64,000 bases of DNA. It comes from an uncultured Planctomycetota bacterium. Its GTDB lineage: Bacteria; Planctomycetota; Planctomycetia; Isosphaerales; Isosphaeraceae. The notes beneath the pieces are model-generated. The model had not been told where the DNA came from, searched no databases, and saw only the letters and a list, made by a program, of their open reading frames with translations. Shown piece by piece: positions 54,754 through 64,000 of this stretch (position 1 is the stretch's first letter; every line of letters starts with the position of its first letter). The translations under genes were made by a program, and so were the position numbers. The stretch covers positions 2,080,001-2,144,000 of the forward strand of contig CAWGMQ010000010.1 in the NCBI GenBank assembly GCA_963823665.1. Reading direction: 5' to 3'.

Positions 54754-57700
54754 TCAGTTGCCGGGCGCCGCTAATTGTATTATTGGAAAGCAATCTTCCG
54801 GCGAGCCGTTTGCGACTAGGATGCGCCCGGCAGAGCCGAAAAGCGGTTCGCGCAGAGCGGAGGCATCGTCAGCAGCGAACGAGAGCCAGTCGCGCACGTC
54901 CACCATTTGCTGCGCGTTGACGGGCAACACAAAGTGGCGATTGATGGGCTGTGCGTCTACAGCTCCAACGCCAGCCAGGAGGGCGTGCGTCAATACACCG
55001 TGGCCAAGCGGCTCGACCGCGCGGTCGGCTTCGTCGGCCGTAAGCGCGGCGATTGTATAGATACCATATTCGCGAGTTAACCGCTCGACGGCCCCGGACA
55101 GAGATGCGCTCAAATTAGCTGTTCGCGCTTGATCGGGCTGCTGCAACGTGGCGCGGGTGTCCAAAATGACCAGCCGCTTGAGCGCCCGCGCGCCACTAAT
55201 CGTATCCAGGATGTCGTCGCACGACAGCACTTGACCGCGCTTGTTTGTTTGGGTTTGTTCGTCCCCAATTTCCGCATCATGTGGGACGAGGCAAAAGCGT
55301 TGATCCAAAATCAAACCGCGTCCGGCGAAGAAAACGATGAGCGCGTCTTCCGGCGCCGTCTCGGCAGCGACTGCGCCTTGAGCCGCTCAAGGATTGCGCT
55401 CCTGGTCGCTTTTGCATCGAGCAGAACGGTTGTGCGTCTCTCCCGATAGCTACTTCCCGTGCGCTTCCGAAACAGCTCGTCCACTGCGATCGCGTCCTGC
55501 ATGGCGTAGCGTGGATTCACTTGGGGATTTGGGTACTCATTGACTCCAACCGCCAGTAGAAACAGGCGCGGTGCAGACGCGGGATTCTTGTGCTCAAGCT
55601 CGATCCGCGCGGGCTCAGCTTCCCACGAGCCATCGGCGTTCGTCGCAACGACATCAATTCGATTTGTCCCGTCGACGAGGGTGATTGGGAATGAGGCGCC
55701 AACAGTTTTGCCGCTGCCACGAGCTTCCGGTGCCGCCTTCACTCGCGCACCTTGATGAAATACGCGGAGGTTGGCGATGCCGCCGCCACGATCGCGGGCC
55801 ACGGCCTCGACGACGACGTCAGCGGTTGCAACCGTTTTCCTGACGGGCGCGATGATCTTGAGTTCCGGTGGCGCGCGCTCGCCGTCCCGCCAGCCGGGTA
55901 ACGGTCGCTCGCCGCGCAGAATCTGAGCCAGCAGCCCGGGACGGTAGAGCTCGTGGAAAAACCGGTCCACCGGCACCACGTTGAGGCCGTTCCCCATTCG
56001 GCACGCTACAGTGCGTCGAGCGCCGGCTGAGCCGTCGAAAAGTCCTTCGGGGGTTATCACGAGCCACTCTTGGCCTGGACTGACGAAGACAAGCGAGGCA
56101 AGGTGGTCGCCGGTGGCGACGTCCCACACGCGTGTGGTTCCATCGCTGGAACCGGTGATCACAACTCGGTCGTCGCAGTCGAACGCAATCGAATTCACGC
56201 AGCTCGAGTGTCCTCGGAAAGCGCGGATTTGCTCACCAGTCTTCGAATCCCAGAGCGCGGCGGTTGCATCCCATGAGGCGGTAAGCGCGTACCTGCCGTC
56301 GAGCGCAAAGGCGACGCAAGTGACCGGACCATCGTGGCCACGGAACTCGCGAATGCGGCTCCCAGTGGCTGCGTCCCAGATGACCGCAGTTGTGTCCGTT
56401 GAACCCGTCAACACGGTCCGCCCATCGGGGTGAAATGCGACCGCACGCACGCCTGCAGCATGCGCTCGGAAGGTAAGAACGCGTTTTGCGGTTTGTTCGT
56501 TCCATAAGATGGCCATGCCATCGCTTGACCCCGTGAGAACAGATCGTCCGTCCGGGCTGAACGCGACTGATTGAACCGGACCTGTGTGAGCTTTGAAGAC
56601 CCGGATCGGTTGGCCCGTGGCAACATCCCAGAGCATTGCGGTCTGATCGGCCGAGCCAGTAAGCACTCGCCGCCTATCCGGGCTGAACGCAACAGCTAGC
56701 ACGCCGTCCGAATGGCCGTGGAGCCCCCGAATGGCATTGCCTGTCCCGATATCCCAAATAACTGCGGTCTGGGCAAGTGAGCCGGCAATCGCCCACTTTC
56801 CGTCTGAGCTAAATGCGACCGAAGTCACTGCGCCGAATTGGCCCTTGAAGGAACATCCCTGGCGACACACTGCCGGGTCCCAGAAGACGCAGGTTCCATC
56901 ACCCAGGCCCGTGAGTATGCCGCGGCCCGCGTGGCTAGCAACAGAGAGCACGCGTTTAACCTGGGCACGAAGCACCCGGACCTGAACGCCGGTGGCAGCG
57001 TCCCAGACGACAGCATTCGAATCGTTCAGCCCCGTTAACACCCGCCGGCCGTCCGGGCTGAAAGCAACAGCACACACCGGTTCCCCATGCCATTGAAAGG
57101 TGCGGACCGGTTTGCCCGTGTCAATTTGCCACAACCTCGCCGTCGTGTCACTCGAGCCAGTGAGTGCGTACCGCCCGTCTGGGCTGATCGCCACCGAGTT
57201 TACTTCTCGTTCGTGTCCTCGAAGCTCACGCTCTCGCCGGCCGCTCGCGGTATTCCAAAGCGTTCCGACTCCCTCCCCCGAGCCCGTGAGCGCATGTTTC
57301 CCGTCAGGACTGAAAGCGACGGAATCCACGGCACCCGCTTCTCCACGCAAGGTTTGAAGCTTCGCACCGGTGGTGGTGTTCCAAACGATTGCGGTTGTGT
57401 CGTCCGATCCCGTGATCACGCGAAGGCCGTCGGCGCTGATTGTGACCGAGTTTATTGCGGATGTATGTCCGCGCAAGATGCGACGCTGCTCGCCAGTCCG
57501 GGCATTCCAAACCGCGGCGTTCGCATCGTCTGAACCGGTGATGACAATACGGCCGTCGGAACTGACCGCTACCGACCGCACGGAGCCGTGGTGACCGCGC
57601 AAGACGCGCGCTTGAATTCCCGTCGCCGTCTCAAGAATGGTCGCGGTACCATCTGCTTGACCCATAAGCACGTGTCGTCCATCTGGATTGAAAGCGACTG

Positions 57701-58205
57701 AGAACACGCCTCCGGTAGAGCGTCGGTAGTGACGGAGTTCCCGGCCCGAGGCGGCGTCCCAGAGGACGGCAGTGCTGTTATCGGAGCTGGTAAGCACGCG
57801 TCGGCCATCCGAGCTGAATGCAACCGACGACAATCCCATGCTGTGCGCCACATTGATGTCGTGTCCCATCGGCACGACAAGTTCTTGCCACGGCAAATGC
57901 GACGGGAAAAGCGGCACATAGGCGTGCCAGTCCGCCTTCAGAAACAGTTTTCGCGTAGTCGTTTCACCATCACGGAAGCGAGCGACGACGTTGTGGGACG
58001 ACAGACCGTTGGTTTCGTCGACACTCAGCTCGATGTGGCGGCGCCCGGCATTGTCAACGCCGTCAATGAAAATGGTCGCGTCGGACGGCGATTCTATATC
58101 GACCAGCGCGTGAAGAGCGGCGTGTTGCCGTGGCTCATACGCCGCGGACAACGCCGCCGACAGAAGAATGCGAACAATGACTGACGATGGCACGAGGCTT
58201 CCCAA
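54754..58205 (-). CDS. Secreted WD40-repeat protein with a C-terminal caspase (peptidase C14)-like domain; frameshift near 55372
   Basis: About 14 GH..VAFSPDG..TGS.D.TA.WD repeats; WLVITPEGLFD linker; LAVGVNEY, DALIVFFAGRG, VILDTR, GHGVLTHALL. Confidence 0.9.
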
Positions 58206-58661
58206 TTAGGGTGACTCCGAGAGGCGGCGTTGACTCGGGTGTACGCTGACCGGAGGGAATTGGCGGAGTACCGGAACCGCCTTGCTAGGGACATACAGAA
58301 CTCACGTTGGCGGCAAAATCGGCCGACATCCTCCGCGAATTGCTCCCCAAACGCATTGTTCTCATTCTAAACTCTTTCACGCTCTGGAACTACAGTCGCG
58401 TTCGAAATTCTCGCGCGGGCCCTTGGACGCCCTCCAAAGGCAACTTGGTCGGAGAGCGATGGGTCCGATGGAGGTCGGGCCGTTGCCACTGCACGACTCG
58501 CACGAAGCGCGCACGCCACAAATTTCAATCCGCCTGTGTTTCCGATCCGAAACGTCGCGTCCGCCGAAAACGGCACGTTCAAACGATTGCGCCGGGCGAT
58601 ACTACCTCGCACCGGAGCCAGGCTAACCGTCGGATGCCTCGGGGAACCAGTTAGTCGATTT

Positions 58662-61600
58662 TTACGGTAGACCGGGCGGCAGCGGCGGCCAGAAGACTGG
58701 GAGCTGCTCAACAGGCGGATACTTGATGGGTTTTTCGCCCCCGACACGGCCCGTCCCGGTATAGATCTGATACTTAGTCGGCCCAACTGTTGCTCCGGGC
58801 ACCCCGAGCATGGCCGCGTTGCCGTAGTCCTTTGTGGGCTGGAAATAAGAGAAAATTTGCCCGTCCGCATCGATGCCGAATAGCTCGGTATATGGATTAC
58901 CCGACGGGATTAATCCCCCGGCATGTGTATGAAAAGTGCCGAAGAGGACCCAGCCCTCAATATTCGGCGGGGCACCAAATCCGACGTGAGTGCCATCAAT
59001 TTGAAAAGTATTCATGTTAGTTACCATAATCTGCACTGATTGCACTGTTTTCCCGTTAATCTGCATTGTTTTCTGTTTAAGCAGCACCCAGCGCCGAACT
59101 TCCGGCTTTCCAGTCAGGCCGATGTGAGATTGCCACGCAGATGCCATTATCGATTGCATAAATGGATTTGTAAGCAAAGACGCAAAGGCGTTTCGTTGGC
59201 CCGGCCTAAAGTTTTTGGGCGAGAATACAATGTTGACTGGCGGCTCCTGCTGAGGACCACCGCTCATTCCCACTCCAGTTTGGGTCGCTGCGTTTAACCC
59301 TGCTGCAACCGTATCCGCCACCACGGATTGAACCCCTCCAGCCGCGGTCTGCGTGGGCGTCGGCACAAGCGACGAAGGGTCGTCCTCAACTAGACCGGAC
59401 GAATCCGTGCCGTTTGGGCTTGAACTATCGACGTACTCATACAGATCCGGATTCCTGGTGCGAAACCCAGCCGGGTCCACCGACGAAAATCGCCCTATGG
59501 ACGGGCCGTACCACCGCGCGTGATCATAGTATTCGCCCGCGGTCGCGTCATACTGCATTCCCGAATACTTGAACCGGTCTCCGTTGCTCGCGCTCGTCTC
59601 GGTCGTGATGTTCCCGAAGCTGTCATATACGATGTGATCGAGCACAGAGCCCGCCGAGCTCACCACATCGCGAACCGAATCCAGTTTGTCGGTCAAGTAC
59701 CACGCCGTCGTTCCCCCCGAGCTGGTCCGGGCGAGCAGCTCGTCGACAACGGCGCCGTTGACCATCCCCGGCCCAGAGACGTAACGCGTGAGCAGCGCGC
59801 CCCCAGAGCCGTTGAAATCAGCGTAAGGCAAGGCATCTGCGCTCGTGCCGTTGTATATAGTCCAGGTCGTCGAGCCGCCTGAATCCTGGAGGCCGATCCT
59901 TTGATCCAGGGCGTTATAGGTGTACGTCGCAATCAGCGTCCCGCCCTGTTTCACCTCGGTCAGGCGATTGTGATAATCATACGTATAGGTTGTGAACGTT
60001 CCGCCGCTGTCGGCGCTGGTCATATTGCCAGAATTATCATAAGTATATGTAACGATGCCCGGCGAGGTCAGCGTTTCGTTCATCACGGTTGTCGAATACC
60101 CGGTTCCCGTTCGATTGCCGTTGGCGTCGTACGCGTAGGACTCCACCTGCGTTCCGCCCTTATCCACGTTCGTAAGCTCGTTGGCATTGTCGTACGTGTA
60201 AGTATATGTGCCCTCCGCATCGACCATGGTTGTGACTCGGTTGGCGTTGTCGTAGCTGTAGACGTAGGTCGCTAGCGCCGATCCGCCCGAAACATAGTCT
60301 GTTATTGTCGTTTGCCTGTCAGCAGCGTCGTAACTAAATGAAGTATTGACAGCCGTGCCGCTGCCGGCGATCGTCCGCGATTGCGCAGAGATTTGGTTAT
60401 TGGGCGCATAGGCTGTTACGATCTCCGGGCCGGCCGTGCCGTTGTGCGACGTCGTGATCGTCGTCAGCCGCTGACCGGCGTCGTATAAATATGTCGTAAT
60501 TCCAACATTGCCAGACACGTTATCGGTCACACTGGCCAGGTTGTTCTGTGGATTGTAGGTTGACGTCAGCGTCACGCTCGGCTGGCCGGTTCCCGGCCCA
60601 GACGTCGCCGAGGTCAGCTCATTGCCGCCCGAGTCGTACGTAAACGTCAAGGTGGCATAAGCGTCGGCGGCACCCGTGAGCTCGTTGTCTGCGTCATATG
60701 TATACGTAATCTTCTCAGCCGGCGACGCGCCGACCCAAGTTTCACCAGTCTGATCGCCATCAGCATCGTAGGAATAGGTCGTGCGGCGGCCATCCGCGTC
60801 GGTCGTATCCGTGAGCTCACCGTCATTATCGTACACGTAGGTCACCGTGGCGGAATTGGGCAAGGTCTCGGTCGTGACCCGGTCGTCTGAATCGTAGGCC
60901 CACTGGGTTTTGTTGTTATCGGGGTCGGTCAGGCTGATCTCGCGACCGGCCGCGTCGAACGCGATCACGGTCGTTCCGCCCGAAACCGGGGTAGTGATTG
61001 TAGTCGCCCGGTTCAAGGCGTCGTATTGCGTGGTCGTGGTGTGCCCCAGGCCATCCGTCACCGTGATTTGATTGCCACCCGAGTAGCCGTAGACCGTGGT
61101 GTCTCCCGAGATCGGAGTCGTGACTGTGGTCAAACGATTCATAGAATCGTATGCATAGGAAGTAATGTGATTATTGGCGTCGGTCACCGCGATCTGGTTG
61201 CCAACCCCATCGAGCGTGATCGTCGTGGTGTTGTCATTGGCGTCGGTCTCGGCAATGAGCCTGTCGTCCTTATCGTAGACGAATGAGACTACCGACGCGC
61301 CGCCGCTGTTCGCGGGATTCGAATACGTCGACTCCATACCCGTGGCCGTGTACGAGTAGGTTGTGGTGTTCCCCAGGGGGTCGGTCGACGTCGCCACCCA
61401 GCCCCGATTATCGTAGGTCGTGGTCGTGATCCGGTCCATCGCGTCGTCGACCTGAATCACCTCCGAATCACCATCATAGGTCGTCGTGGTCCGGTTGCCG
61501 TTCAGCGGATCGATCACGACCGTCGGCCGGTCGAGCGCGTCGAAGACCATGGTCGTGACTCGCCCGATGGGGTCCTTCACGGTCACCTGGTTGCCGTCCG

Positions 61601-63254
61601 AATCGTATCCGTAGACAGTTTGCAAGCTTTGAGGCGCCGTCACCGTGGTAAGTCTGTTCATGGAATCATACGCGTACGTCGTCGTGCGAGCCGTCCCGCC
61701 GCTCGGCGTCGGCTCCTGGTCCACAGTCAGATTCCCTCCCGAATCGTACGTCAGAGTCGTGACGCCGTTCAGGGCGTTAGTTGACCCGGTTTCCCGCCCC
61801 AAGGCGTCGAAGCTGTAGGTCGTGGCGTTGCCGGCGTTGTCGACGAACTTGGTTACATTGCCCTGCGAGTTAAAGCTGTACAGGTTGGTCGTCCCGTCGG
61901 GAAATTGAACCGTCGTCTCCCGGTCTTGGCTGTCGTACAGATAGGTGGTGGTGTGATTATTGGCGTCGGTCGTGGTCTTGACCTGCCCGGTCGACGTGTA
62001 AGTCATCGTCTCCAGGTTCAACAGCGCATCCTCGACGACGGTGAGGTCCCCCGAGCTGTAGGTATAGCTCGTCGTGTAGCCATTGGCGTTGGTGTAAGTG
62101 AGCGGCTCGGCGTCACCGTTGTAGGTATAGTTCTCCTCGTTGGTGTCTTCGTAGATAATGCTGACGACGTTGCCCTTGGAGTCATATCCGTACTGCGTGT
62201 TCCGGTTCACTTGGTCCACCGTCACGGTCGGCAGGCCGTTGGAATTCCGATCAAAGAGCTGGTCGTTGCCCAGCGGGTCGATGATGTTGCCGGGCAGACC
62301 CAGGCCCATCCAGTCGGGCTGGATGGTCGTCGTGTTGCTGTTCGGGCTCGTGTAGGTGCTACCCGCAACTGCAAGAAGGGTACTCGGAGCCGGGCTGCCC
62401 GAAGTGCCGCTGTTCGTCCAGCCGGCTTCCTGGTCGTTCGTGAAGTCCTCGGTCGTGCTGTCTGGCCGGTTCGCCGAGCTTACGCGCAAGGCAGAATCGT
62501 AGTTAACCGTAACGGTCGAGGAACGAGGATCGGTGATCTGGGTAAGCTGCCCACCCGAGGCGTAGGTATAGTTCCAGGTCGAGGCGTCCGGCAATTCCGC
62601 CTCGGTCAGGTTTCCGCTGGAGTGGGTGAATGTGGTGATGCGGCTGGCCGGGTCCTTGATCGTCTGGAGGTAACCACCACTGTAGGTGAAGGTCGTGAAG
62701 TTGCCCAGGTAGTCTTCGATCGAGGTCAGATTACCGCCGCTATATGAGAATGTGGTGTGGTTACTATTCAGGTCGGTGATGGCCGTCTCGGCACCGCTGG
62801 AATTGAACGTGATTTGTGTGCCGTCAGTCTGCGTCAGGGTATAAGCGCCGCCGCTGCCGGAAGCCTTGACCAGGGAATCGAATTCACCGGGCGGGCTCGT
62901 GTACGTTACACCGCCGCCGCTGCCCGCGGTCCCCGTAAACCAGAGCGAGCGGCCGTTGTCTCCCAGATCGAGGATCACACCGCCCGACGCGGAAGTGATC
63001 TGCTCGAGGCCCTGGAGCGTCCAGCCCGCACCGAAGGCATTGCTTCCGTAGTTGAGCAAGTTCGTCCCGCCGCTATAGGTCAGGGTGGCCACGCCAGACC
63101 CGACATCCACCACCTGCGCCGAGTAGGTATACCGGCCGGTGCTGAGCGACGTCGCATTGGTCGCCTGGAGATTGATCTGCTGCACATCTCCCGTGTTCAA
63201 CGTGCTCGTACTGGTGGAGGTGTTGTAGTAATAGGTCGTGTGCGGCGTGCCGCC
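58662..63254 (-). pseudogene. RHS/YD-repeat protein RHS2, 5' end interrupted by IS66, with a JAB/DUF4329-like C-terminal tip
   Basis: Colinear and highly similar to RHS1 from TTYYYNTSTST through the core. Tip contains GTFHTH..PS. Homology to RHS1 stops at ~63255. Confidence 0.88.
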
Positions 63255-63902
63255 GTAAGCGCCCGGCAGAACCATACCCCCCGCGGCGCGGCAATGACCG
63301 GCTGGCCCGCAGGCCGGCAGGCGGGCGGGCGAGCGGTGGCGTAGCCAGAGCTGCTCGCCGCTCCGACAAGCCGCGTGACCATGGAACACAGCCCGGCATG
63401 CCAGCGGAGCCAGCCGTCCGTACCTTCGCAAACGGGGCCGTCTGGGGATCGGTTGGGTTCCGATCACGATCAGCCTGCCGTCGTCCACGCCAGTCGCATC
63501 GTCGCCGTCATGACCGGCCGGCGACTGCTACCCTGGAATCAGACCACCAGGCCGTCCACGACGGGACCATGCTGATCCGTGGACCGAGAAGCCGCACCCG
63601 CCTGCTTGGCCATCGCGCGACGCCCAGCGCGACGGCGACGTCGTGATCGCGCCGCGGCCTCGGCCTCGTCGCGGCGGTACTCCAGAAAGTGCTCCGGGTG
63701 CGTCGCGATCCAGACGTCGGGCAAGAGCGTGTTCCAATCCGGCTCACCGGTTGAGATGGCGACCAAGAGATCACGCACGTAGGCAAACGGCTCGATTCTG
63801 TGTCGCTTGGCTCCAGCCAGGATACTGAAGCAAGTCGCCACCGTCTGACCCCCGCGGTCGCTCCCTACGAATAACCAGTTTTTACGGCCGACGGCACACG
63901 GC
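63255..63902 (-). mobile_element. tnpC: IS66-family right end with the transposase C-terminus (63539..~63900)
   Basis: AVGRKNWLFVGSDRGG..AKRHRIEPFAYVRDLL..LLPD; terminal GTAAGCGCCCGG at 63255 matches the IS66 inverted-repeat pattern. Confidence 0.88.
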
Positions 63903-64000
63903 GGCGCGCAAACGTGGGGTCTCGATCGAATTGGTCGTTGCATCCGTTGCGACGTGAAAAAAAATCCGGATTTTCTGGTCGACAAACTGGCCAAATCCGG

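Noticed and set aside
63255..63488. N-terminal ~78 aa of ORF 58662..63488
   Set aside because: Derived from IS66 right-end DNA; RHS homology starts only below 63255.

Overview
GC-rich accessory region that reads as planctomycete DNA (Isosphaeraceae/Gemmataceae-like; inferred from a DUF1559 pilin-like gene, LExR-type N-terminal motifs, RFSLR-type membrane anchors and RAYT transposases). Contents in order: (1) 1-11175, a giant (>3,700 aa) secreted protein split by four single-base frameshifts, with a duplicated Gly-rich block and a catalytically altered transglutaminase-like domain, next to a tail-collar gene. (2) 12-22 kb, small cargo genes (DUF2946/RAPP leader, DUF1559, HEAT proteins, SGNH and alpha/beta hydrolases, SnoaL) punctuated by five same-orientation 20-bp REP-like repeats. 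(3) 22-55 kb, a roughly mirror-symmetric island whose two arms each run RHS (or a putative orphan RHS tip), then a membrane-anchored partner, then RAYT/TA/GxxExxY insertions, then a conserved 114-aa gene, then protein-glycosylation genes (methyltransferase-GT4-GT2-TPR fusion, HddA-like kinase, GT4), with a small defence-like islet in the middle. (4) 55-64 kb, a WD40 protein with a dyad-less caspase domain and a second RHS gene with a JAB-like tip, cut by IS66. The best candidate for an undescribed system is the repeated RHS + anchored partner + 114-aa protein + glycosylation module. Many single-base frameshifts may be assembly errors. All calls come from motif recognition by eye; no database searches were run.
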